Shown here: positions 53,679 through 64,000 of the stretch, piece by piece
How positions within the stretch are numbered: position 1 is the stretch's first letter
Layout of the letters: every line of letters begins with the position of its first letter
NCBI GenBank assembly: GCA_951406725.2
Contig: OX597828.1
Span: 28,892,001-28,956,000, forward strand
Source of the DNA: Octopus vulgaris
Taxonomy: Eukaryota
Length of the DNA: 64,000 nt
Reading direction: 5' to 3'
Made by a program: the position numbers and the translations under genes
The notes under the pieces: model-generated
Databases searched by the model: none
What the model was told of the DNA's origin: nothing
What the model saw: only the letters and a program-made list of their open reading frames with translations

Positions 53679-54329
53679 TACTACAGTTGGTAGTTCTGTT
53701 TTTATTTATTATTAGTTTAGAATTTTCAACACCAACAAATTCAACAGTCACAACAACAATAACAATTAAAAGAAAATGAAGAGTGAGGAAAGTAAGGAAG
53801 AGGTGGAGGAGGAGGAGAAGGAGAAGAAGAAGAAGATGAGGAGGAGGAGAAAATGATGAGGAGGAGGAGCAAGAGGAGAAGATGATGATGATGATGATGA
53901 GGAGGAGGAGGAGAAAATGATGAGGAGGAAGAGCAAGAGGAGAAGAAGATGATGATGAGGAGGAGGAGGAGCAGGACAGAAGGAGAAGATGATGATGAGG
54001 AGGAAGAAGAGGAGGACAGAAGAGGAGAGGAAGAGGAAGCCGCAGGAAATCAATATATTTTTTAAAAAACAAGTTTAGATATCAATAATTACAACATCAA
54101 TATTAAGCTAGACAACAGCAATAGCAACAACAATAACAAGAACAATAACAACGACTTTGTTTTCTTTATTGCAATAATAATATTTTGATATATTTATACG
54201 TAAGATTATAAAATAACCGCCATCTTGTATCTTATCTGATTATTTCCTTATTTCTAAGACCAATACTTTAATGATGTGTTTAGGAAGTTCATGTTTCAAA
54301 ACTACAATAACAAGAATAGTTACGATACC

Positions 54330-54465
54330 AATGATGATGATGATGGTGGTGATGGTGAGGATGATGATGGCGATGATGATGGTGGTGGTGGTGGTGGTGG
54401 TGGTGATGATGATGATGACGACGATCATGATGATGATGATGACGATCATGATGATGATGATGATA

Positions 54466-54499
<34 letters not shown>

Positions 54500-54610
54500 C
54501 GATGATGGTGGTAGTGGTGGTGGTAGTGGTGGCGGTGGTGATGGTGGTGGTGGTGGTGATGGTAGTAGTGGTGATGTTGATAATGATGACGACGACGGTG
54601 ACGATGGTAA
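54330..54610. repeat. (GAT)n/(GGT)n compound trinucleotide repeat
   Basis: Seen directly. Confidence 0.9.
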
Positions 54611-54671
54611 AGGACAAAAATTTCCTTGTATTCATTATATACATTTCATCAGTTTTATATACATATATAAC

Positions 54672-54722
<51 letters not shown>

Positions 54723-54866
54723 GTGTGTATACATGTATCTGTATACATACACAAACACAGGTGTGCGTACATATGTATATATACACATAGATATATGCAT
54801 GTATATACGTATCTATTTTATCAATTTATCCATCTCTTCCTATGTATGTATATGTCTCCCTCTCTC

Positions 54867-54927
<61 letters not shown>

Positions 54928-55008
54928 CAATTGCAGCGTGGAATGTGTTTGTAAGCCATTTAAGAAACACACAAAAACCGTTCGATTCACTTCAACATTT
55001 AAGTTTAA

Positions 55009-55058
55009 TTTGTCAAAATATTTTCGGCGCTAAAATCCGCGACCTGTTCACTGCCAAA
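55009..55058 (-). ncRNA. Putative minimal hammerhead with G3-C8 swapped core (family H4)
   Basis: Minus strand: UUUGGCA GUGAACA GGUCGC-GGAUUUUA-GCGCC GAAA AUAUUU UGACAAA; one mismatch in helix I and one bulge in helix II. Confidence 0.45.
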
Positions 55059-55073
55059 ATCCGTGCTTACTCC

Positions 55074-55183
<110 letters not shown>

Positions 55184-55478
55184 GGAGTAAGCACATAGAT
55201 GTGAAACAGGTGGAAAAAAGAGTACTCAAATACCAGAGGTAGAGTAACAACAGCAATATGAATAACAACGATGAATAACAATAGCAACAACTACAACAAC
55301 AATAACAGTATATATATACATATACAGCCACATGTGTATATCCGTGTTTACCTTTTCACGCGTATATGTGTTTGCGCGTATCTGAACGCTACGTGTTTGT
55401 GTGGGTATGAATATGTGATTCAGTGAGCATGCGTAAGTGCATATATCTATGTGCAAGTGTTTATCTGCATGTGCGCAT

Positions 55479-55509
<31 letters not shown>

Positions 55510-55869
55510 CGTTTGTTCAGTTAACAGGAAGTAAATAGAATGAGGATGAACGGTCACACTTCCGGTTAACGTAAAAAATTTCCTGATTTGTCTTCTTACA
55601 AACGTAAGAAAAAAACTGATTTGGTGGTAAAAAGTGGTAAAAAAGGAAAAAGAAAGGTGATATTTGTGAATTTTGTCGAAACTCTTAAACAAAAGTTCTT
55701 TAAAAAGCAAAGGAAAATTTTGAAATCAAAATCATTTCTGTGTTTTGTTTCTTTTTGGCTGATTTCTGATTTGGTTATTTGTTTCTTTATTTTTTGATAA
55801 GCTAAGCACAACCTGTAAATTATACATACACTCATATTTTCACACGCACACGCACACACACACACGAAC

Positions 55870-55904
<35 letters not shown>

Positions 55905-56054
55905 AACACACACACATACACACATGCGTATTGCGTACATAGTATTATATATATATATATATATATTATAGATATATACATATATATATGTAGATATATA
56001 TACATACTTATATATACATATACATATATATATATATGTATATATATATGTATA

Positions 56055-56139
<85 letters not shown>

Positions 56140-56196
56140 CTATATATATACATATATATCTATATATATACATATATATATATATACATATATATA

Positions 56197-57596
56197 CAGG
56201 GTGTTCCAAAAGAAACAGTGCACTGAACATTTTCATAGGTATACATAAAGAAACAGTGCACTGAACACAAGAAAGGATATTTATAGTTGAAAATGTTTTC
56301 CCAAAAGATTTTAAATATTATATTTAGATAATTTAGATATCTAAATTTTAGATATTTATATTAAATATTCTTTTGTTTCAGGGACCCTTTGAAAATGGTG
56401 CTTACCTTACAAGAAAGGATATTTATTGTTGAAAATGTTTTCCGAGATGGTGGCAAATACACAAAAGAAGTGCAAGAGTCATTTCAAGAAAAATTTGGTG
56501 CAGAACGTTTGCCGCATCGAAATTGTGTTTCCGCTTTGTTGCATAAGTTCAAAAAAACTGGAAGTGTTCAAGACAAACCCAAAAGTGGCCGCCCAAAAGT
56601 CGTTACAGATACAGTCTTACAGAATGTTACCAACAAACTGCAGAGGAGCCCACGAAAGTCTTTGAGGCGTTTGTCTCAAGAAACTAGGATATCTCTAACA
56701 TCAACTCACCGAGCAGTGCATCAACTTAAATTCTTTCCAAATAAAGTGCATGTTGTTCATGAACTGAAGCCTCAGGATTCAGAAAAACGCGTACTCTTCT
56801 GTCGGTGGTTTGAAAATTTTATTCTAGAGAAAGGTGAAAACATTTTAAACCATACATTCTTCAGTGATGAAGCATGGTTCCATTTGTCCGGGTACATGAA
56901 CAGTCAGAACTCTAGAGTGTGGTCTACAATAAATCCTCATGCTCTGTTTCAGAAACCACTCCACGATCAAAAAGTTGGTGTTTGGTGTGCTTTGTCAAGG
57001 CGGCGTATAATTGGACCTATATTTTTTGAAAACACCATCACATCTGAGTGTTACATTCATAACATCCTGGAGCCATTTTTTGATCAACTGACGGAGCAAG
57101 AAAAGCAACAAGGCTGGTTCCAGCAAGATGGTGCAACTGCACATACGGCTCGTGTCAGTATGGCTGCAGTTGGTGATGTCTTTGGGGATCGTGTGATCTC
57201 TCGTGGTTTGTGGCCACCTCGATCACCGGATTTAACACCTCCTGACTTTTATTTGTGGGGCAAATTGAAAGACTCAGTGTATGCAGACAATCCTCGAACT
57301 ACGGATGAACTGAAGCAGAAAATAACAAGTGTTATTCAAAACATCAAACCTGATGAACTTGAGTGTGTTTTTCAAAACACGCAGCGTCGCGCTCGTTTAT
57401 GTCTGCAGGTGAATGGCGCACACTTTCAACAGTTATTGTAGATCATATCTTACTGCACGAGTCAATCCTCAATCGTACTTTAGTTGATAAGGTATTGAAT
57501 TTGTGAATATTTGCAATAAATAGTATTTTTCTGTGAGTTTTGTTTCTTTGGGTTATTAGCATATTCCTACTGCACTGTTTCTTTTGGAACACCCTG
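56197..57596 (+). mobile_element. Intact Tc1/mariner-superfamily transposon, 1400 bp
   Basis: Perfect 26-bp TIRs CAGGGTGTTCCAAAAGAAACAGTGCA (56197-56222 / 57571-57596), TA on both sides, single uninterrupted ORF. Confidence 0.96.
56395..57441 (+). CDS. Transposase, 348 aa, DD38D triad, rosa/Visitor (DD41D)-like motifs
   Basis: ATG at 56395; N-terminal HTH (KFKKTGSVQDKPKSGRP, SPRKSLRRLSQE); FSDEAWFHLSG, FQQDGATAH, WPPRSPDLTPPDFYLWGKLK; 38 residues between D2 and D3. Confidence 0.95.
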   Translation: MVLTLQERIFIVENVFRDGGKYTKEVQESFQEKFGAERLPHRNCVSALLHKFKKTGSVQDKPKSGRPKVVTDTVLQNVTNKLQRSPRKSLRRLSQETRISLTSTHRAVHQLKFFPNKVHVVHELKPQDSEKRVLFCRWFENFILEKGENILNHTFFSDEAWFHLSGYMNSQNSRVWSTINPHALFQKPLHDQKVGVWCALSRRRIIGPIFFENTITSECYIHNILEPFFDQLTEQEKQQGWFQQDGATAHTARVSMAAVGDVFGDRVISRGLWPPRSPDLTPPDFYLWGKLKDSVYADNPRTTDELKQKITSVIQNIKPDELECVFQNTQRRARLCLQVNGAHFQQLL

Positions 57597-57603
57597 TATA
57601 TAT

Positions 57604-58170
57604 ATACAAAATGGGACAAGAACGCAAGACATCCGGACAAGTAGGTGATACAAAATGGGACAACAAAACATCCAGAAAGACAATACAAAGAAAATAAGGA
57701 CGGGTCATTCGAGGTTTGCTTTCTTCAGTCAAGCACCAGATTATCCTTGCAATTTCGGCTGATTATTCTTGAGATTGCTCCAATCTAGCCAGCCCCAAAG
57801 AAAATCTAAGCTAGGAGCGTAGATTCCTTGGAAGAACGCAGCGAATGTATACAAAAACAAGGACGGAAAAAACGAACAATGTATAAATACAATAAAGAAT
57901 ACAATAAAAATAATAACTGGACATAACAACAGGACTCTTTCGACTAAGAACGAATTGAATTAGGCTGGCGCGTGTAGAAATGAAACCTTACGGTAGAGAT
58001 ACAAAAATTTTACAAACACATGGAAGAATATCGATGTTGCACGGACAACGGTCAGACCAAGAAAAAAAGAGGAGGCCTGGCCGAACGGTCACGTCGAAAC
58101 AGAAGAATTAAGGAGGGGCGAGAAAAAAATGAGAGAAACACAGTGAAGTGAAAAGTAGAGGGAAAGTCAG
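57604..58170. repeat. Interspersed repeat family E, longer copy (possibly Penelope pLTR-derived)
   Basis: First ~150 bp match 23699-23855; flanked by (TA)n. Confidence 0.65.
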
Positions 58171-58173
58171 TAC

Positions 58174-58210
<37 letters not shown>

Positions 58211-58384
58211 TAGCTAGCTAGCTAGCTAGCTAGCTTGATATATACATATACATACCTAATACATTTGATTGTTGTCTACACCACCTGTCTTCGTCTTTTG
58301 TTATTTTGGGGGTATTTGTCCCCTATATATATATTATACATTATTTACATTTGACAGATATTTGTCCTCACCTTGTTTGTTGTT

Positions 58385-58430
58385 AACACAACATTTCGGC
58401 TGATATACCCTCCAGCCTTCTTCAGGTGTT
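58385..58430 (-). ncRNA. Minimal Penelope-type hammerhead (family H1)
   Basis: Minus strand: AACAC CUGAAGA AGGCUG..CAGCC GAAAU GUU GUGUU. Confidence 0.75.
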
Positions 58431-58492
58431 TTGGGGGAAATTTCGAACCTGGGTTCTCATTTTTCTATGTTGTTGTTGTTGTTGTTCTTCTT

Positions 58493-58591
<99 letters not shown>

Positions 58592-58608
58592 TTTACTACT
58601 ACTACTAT

Positions 58609-58652
<44 letters not shown>

Positions 58653-58654
58653 AC

Positions 58655-58698
<44 letters not shown>

Positions 58699-58748
58699 GC
58701 ATCGAAAAATACATTATGAATGACAAACCAGGTTCGAAATTTTCCTAA

Positions 58749-58794
58749 GACACCTGATGAAGGCTGGAGGGTATATCAGCCGAAACGTTGTGTT
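58749..58794 (+). ncRNA. Minimal Penelope-type hammerhead (family H1), intact
   Basis: GACAC CUGAUGA A GGCUG-GAGGGUAUAU-CAGCC GAAAC GUU GUGUU; palindromic AACGUU helix III typical of PLE hammerheads. Confidence 0.85.
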
Positions 58795-58879
58795 AACAAC
58801 AAACAAGATGAGGACAAATATCTGTCAATTGTAAATAATGTAAATAATGTAAATAATTCATGTCTTAAATATAGAACTG

Positions 58880-58911
<32 letters not shown>

Positions 58912-59119
58912 TGTATGTATGTATGTATGTATGTATGTATGCATGCATGTATGTATGTATGTATGTATGTATGTATGTATGTATGTATGTATGTATGTAT
59001 GTATACACACTGTCAGTGAAATAATATTGTATTCACTTTTGTCTCTGAAACATATATTCCCACTGACGATTGTATTTTTTTACTCTTGGTTTTCATTCTT
59101 CAGGGATTGAAGACTTTAA

Positions 59120-59361
59120 TACACACACACACACAAGACACACACAAGACACACACACACACATACACTCAAGACACACACACACACACAAGACACACAC
59201 ACACACAAGACACACACACACACATACACACACACACAAACACAAGACACACACACACAAGACACACACACACACACACACACACACAAGACACACACAC
59301 ACACACAAGACACACACACACACAAGACACACACACACACACAAGACACACACACACACAC
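59120..59361. repeat. (CA)n punctuated by CAAGA units
   Basis: Seen directly. Confidence 0.9.
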
Positions 59362-59491
59362 TATCACTACAACAAACTATCCACGTTCTGGGCTTTTATT
59401 ACAATCATTATCCAATCAACTCCATTGAATGTTGTAAATCCCTCTCCCTCCTCTTCCTCCTCACCGGACCTCCTCCTCGTCGTCGCCTTCG

Positions 59492-59527
<36 letters not shown>

Positions 59528-59640
59528 ACGTAATTGCCGACACCCTTCTCCTTCACCATCTTCTCCTGCTTTCCTCTTCCTTTCCCCCCTTGCTTTTTCT
59601 CCTCATCTTCCTACTCTTCATTCATTCATAATAATAACAA

Positions 59641-59837
59641 TCCTTTCTACCAAAGTCACAAGGAATGAAATTTTGGGGTTGGAGAGAAGTGGCGGGGCAG
59701 TCACTTGCATCGCAACCCCTACCCACCCGCCCACCCTCAACTGTTTTACTGGGAACTTGTTTTATCGTCACGCGAAAGGACGAACGGCAAAGACGAGCCC
59801 GGCGGAATTTGAACTCAGAACGCTAAGACAGACGACA
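59641..59837 (-). mobile_element. SINE family B 3' part, diverged
   Basis: CCTTTCTAC..CACAAGG..GAAATTTTGGG tail 2; GGCGGAATTTGAACTCAGAACG core. Confidence 0.7.
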
Positions 59838-59856
59838 TACTATCAACACCACCACC

Positions 59857-59904
<48 letters not shown>

Positions 59905-60207
59905 GATAATGATGATGATGATGCTGATGATGATGATGATGATGATGATGCTGATGATGATGATGATGACGACGACGATGGCTATCTTCTTTATATAGAA
60001 GGTTAAAGACTGGTATTTAGAAAGGAAAATATCCATCTGAAGAAAGAATCTTCTAAGAATTGATTATGAATTGAGCCGGGATATTTTAGGAAGAGTTTGG
60101 TGGTGGGGAATGCCAGAAGAAGGAGAGGGGGAAAATTAATTAAAGCCGAGAAAATTAAATTAGATCCAGACACAAGAATCATACAATTGGAACAGAAGAA
60201 CCATCTA

Positions 60208-60262
<55 letters not shown>

Positions 60263-60358
60263 CACGCCTACACACACATGCACACACGCAAACACGTACA
60301 CACATACATATGTATATATATGTGTGTGCATGTGTATGAAAAGTATGCATATGCACGC

Positions 60359-60389
<31 letters not shown>

Positions 60390-60469
60390 TGTATATGCAT
60401 TATATATAAATATATATATATATTTATCTCTCTGTCTCTGTCTCTATCTCTCTCTGTCTCTCCCTCTCC

Positions 60470-60555
<86 letters not shown>

Positions 60556-60559
60556 TTAT

Positions 60560-60703
60560 GCGTGGCTGTGTGGTAAGAAGCTTGCTTCCCAACCACATGG
60601 TTCTGGGTTCAGTCCCACTGCATGGTTTCTTAGGCAACTATCTTCTACTATAGGATAAGGCCAACCAAATCTTTGTGAGCGGATTTGGTAGACCGAAACT
60701 GAA
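60560..60703 (+). mobile_element. SINE family A 5' half
   Basis: GTGGCTGTGTGGTAAGAAGCTTGCTTCCCAACCACATGGTTCTGGGTTCAGTCCCACTG. Confidence 0.82.
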
Positions 60704-60704
60704 A

Positions 60705-61605
60705 TATAAGACAGCGTAAAGACACTTGGTGGAGAAATTTGTCTGAGGAAGTACAGGCAGCCTATGGAAGGAAATACATTAAATGTTTCTATAGTTTATT
60801 GTGGCAGGCTTTTGGCTCGCAATCTTCATCAATATATGTTTCTTTGAAGTCAGAAGATGAAAAGGAGATTGTTAAAGATCCTCCTGGAATAATGAATAGA
60901 TGGAGAGAACACTTTGCATATCTTTCCCACAATCCTTCTGGAGTGAACATGGTAATCATAAACAACATTCCGCAAAGAGCGATAGTGCAACATTTGAACG
61001 ATACACCTTCCATTGAAGAATCAAATCTGGCATTATGTAAATTGAGATCAGGTAAAGCTCCTGGATTCGATGGTATTCCAGTTGAAATTCTCAAAGCATG
61101 CGGGGGATCATATTTCATCTGAAATTTATAACCTGATAACTCGTGTTTGGAATAAATGTTCTGTGCCACAAGAATAGATAAATGGCATTCTAATTTCTGT
61201 ATACAAGAGTAAGAGCCCAAAAGCAGTGTGTGTCCCCTATTAGAGGGATAACTCTTTTAGCGCATACCGGGAAGATACTTTCAAGGATCATGTTAGATTG
61301 TCTTGTTGAGAATGTGTACCCACATGTGATTTCTGAAGAACAGTATGGTTTTAGATCTGAGCGAGGAACAATGGACATGATATTTTCTGTGAAGGAGGTT
61401 CAAGAGAAATGCTTAGAGGAACAAATGCCACTCTACCAGGTCTTCATAGATTTAACTAAGGCATTTGACACGGTAAACGGAAGGCACTGTGGATAGTTTT
61501 ATGTAAACTTGGTTGCCCAACATATTTTATGAGCATATTTAAGGAACTATGCAGAAGCATATGAAAGCTCAGGTAGTCTTTAATGGTGAGCTATCGCATG
61601 AATTT
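60705..61605 (+). pseudogene. RTE-clade LINE reverse transcriptase fragment, frameshifted
   Basis: RWREHF...GKAPGFDGIPVEILK; RGITLL..GKILSRI..QYGFRSERGTMDMIF..QEKCLE..FIDLTKAFDTV (RT domains 0-3). Confidence 0.9.
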
Positions 61606-62044
61606 TCAAGCTCTAAATTAGTCCTTCTCAACTGGGGTTAATGTGGCCCTTGGAGGTCCACGTAAGATTTTGGAGGAAAATTTATGAGCAAGGAATTGCT
61701 TATGTTTCTACAATACACAATATATTTTACCAATTTTTTTTTTACAATGGGATTTTATGAAGGGAGTAAAACAGGAATCAAAAGAATTCCATAGAATTAA
61801 AAAAAAAACGGTTGAGATTTTCTGCTCTAAATCAAGACAAAGCAATCAATAATTTAAAAGAGATGATTGTAAAGAAATTCCAAAATATAGGAAAGAAAAG
61901 ACGAAGAGAAAAAGCTGTTGCTGGCCAATACCTGGCAAGACTTCGAAATGTCAAAGCGACGAAGGGTGAGAAGATTTGGACTAAAAACTGGACAACTCTA
62001 TTAACATATCTTCAAAATTTGGCAGAAAACCAACAATTTTCGGG

Positions 62045-62148
62045 TGTGCTCAACTGGTGTTTATTTTATCCATCTTGAAAAGATGACAGGCTAAGTCGAT
62101 CTCGTCGGTATTTGAACTCAGGCCGTAAAGACTCGGCAAAAAATGCCA
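62045..62148 (-). mobile_element. SINE family B core fragment
   Basis: GAAAAGATGACAGGCTAAGTCGATCTCGTCGGTATTTGAACTCAG. Confidence 0.65.
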
Positions 62149-62160
62149 CTGTGTATATAT

Positions 62161-62193
<33 letters not shown>

Positions 62194-62209
62194 TTGTGTG
62201 TGTGTGTGT

Positions 62210-62245
<36 letters not shown>

Positions 62246-63099
62246 TGTGTATGTGTGTGTGAGTGTCTGTGTGTGTGCGTGCATATGTGTGTGTGCGTGT
62301 GTCTCTGAGTGTGTGCGTGCGTGTGTGTGTGTGTGTGTGCGTGTGTGTGTGCGTATGTGTATGCATGTGTGTGTGTATATATGTGTGTGTGTGTGTGCAT
62401 ATATATATATGTACATATATATATGTATACATAAACACGTGCGTGTGTGTGCGCGCGCGCGTGCGTGTGCATATGTGCCTGTGTGTGTTTACATATCTAT
62501 ATATAATTTATATATTTACATATTTATTAGGTGTCCGCTTATATCCTCCACTCTTGACAAACGTTGAAATCTTAACTAAATAGCAGAATTCTTCGCTACT
62601 CGTAGATGAAACATATTGCCTTTCAGGCCATCCATACTTAGTCTGAAGTTTCATTTCATTCTGGATCCCTGTTTCCTGTCACGGAGAATATGGAATGCCA
62701 GAGACAAACGTCCTGTGTTATTTTCTCATTAAATCAGTAAAGCTAGGGAAATACAGCCTCGGGGGCAGGCCACAACTTGCAGAGTTTTATTTGGCTAAGG
62801 AAGATAAGAAACACGGATCAGTCACGCGTTATAGAAATTTTAGAGAATGGACCAGGATGTTATTAACACGAGGAATAATATTGACGTTGCTTATTTCTTG
62901 TTTATCGATGCTTACTGCAATCGTTGTTATTGTTGCCGCTTTTAATGAAACACACTGACAACTTCGGTTACAACGTCTACCTACAAAACCACACACTTCA
63001 GTTCGCGCCATCTTTCTTCGATGCATTTCGCGTGCGCGTGCGCACAAACACACACTTATATACACACACACATAAATACATGACTCCCTCCTTGGTTAA

Positions 63100-63132
<33 letters not shown>

Positions 63133-63168
63133 CCCTTTGATATACATACATGCATATATATACATATA

Positions 63169-63211
<43 letters not shown>

Positions 63212-63303
63212 TATATATATAAATATATATATTCACATATGCATAATATATATATCTATCTATCTACGCATATATATACATATATATATAAATATATATA
63301 ACT

Positions 63304-63339
<36 letters not shown>

Positions 63340-63439
63340 GTGTATATGTATATGCGTATATATATTTCATATATGTATATATATATATATGTGTGTGTAT
63401 GTATGTATATATACATATATATATATGCGTATATATATG

Positions 63440-63483
<44 letters not shown>

Positions 63484-63857
63484 TCACGCATATATATATG
63501 TGTGTGTATATATATGTATGTATGCTGGTATATATACCTGCATAAGTATATAATCTTTCTGTCTTTGTCTGTCTGTCTGTCTGTCTGTCTCTCTGTCTCT
63601 GTGTATGTAAGTACGTATGTATCTATACACAAACACGCGCACCTTCACACACTCACACACACACACACACACACACTCACACACACACACACAAACCGAC
63701 GCATACACACAGATACATGTACGTATGCGTGCGTGTATGTAGATATCTGTATATATATAATCCGCTCTTCCTCAGTTAGTATATTTATCTAACCTATTTA
63801 TGTGCCTCTGTGTGTGTGTGCGCGCACGCGTGTGTGTGTGTGTGTGTGCGCGCGCGC

Positions 63858-63888
<31 letters not shown>

Positions 63889-64000
63889 TTTGTTGGTGTA
63901 TGTGACGGCGTGTGAACGTTTTGTGCGTGCATGAATGTGTTTGTGTAGGCGTCGTTTCATCGATCCCTCTCGTCTTTGTTATCTGCTTTTAGTGAGACAT

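Noticed and set aside
54271-54954. Poly-M/V and poly-D/G ORFs
   Set aside because: Derived from (GAT)n/(GGT)n repeats; no flanking coding signal.
57695-57810. Minus-strand CTGAAGA and CAGCCGAAA motifs in repeat family E
   Set aside because: Order and pairing give a long hairpin, not a three-way hammerhead junction; the second motif reads GAAT rather than GAAA.

Overview
AT-rich eukaryotic genomic DNA, made up almost entirely of microsatellites and transposable elements. The repeat families and the extreme (TA)n/(CA)n/(TATG)n/(TAA)n density resemble an octopus (coleoid cephalopod) genome; this is an inference from recalled repeat families, not a database match. No host protein-coding gene can be called with confidence, and most ORF-track entries are microsatellite artefacts. 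The one clearly intact CDS is a 348-aa Tc1/mariner transposase (DD38D spacing, rosa/Visitor-like motifs) inside perfect 26-bp TIRs at 56197-57596. The window also holds two decayed mariners, several MITEs, two non-autonomous Helitrons, a Helentron-like element, Penelope, CR1-like, RTE and R4/Dong LINE fragments, and about 35 copies of three tRNA-derived SINE families. The most interesting signals are: (1) six minimal hammerhead-ribozyme motifs from four unrelated short elements, mostly beside TA-rich microsatellites, including a putative G3-C8 core-swapped variant, an A6U variant and an inverted pair enclosing a compound microsatellite; (2) a SINE that forms head-less tandem arrays with an identical junction at two loci; (3) a SINE whose 5' end is replaced by TTAGGG repeats; (4) three different Dong-like LINE 3' ends piled into (TAA)n tracts; (5) a SINE and a CR1-like LINE sharing a 3' tail.
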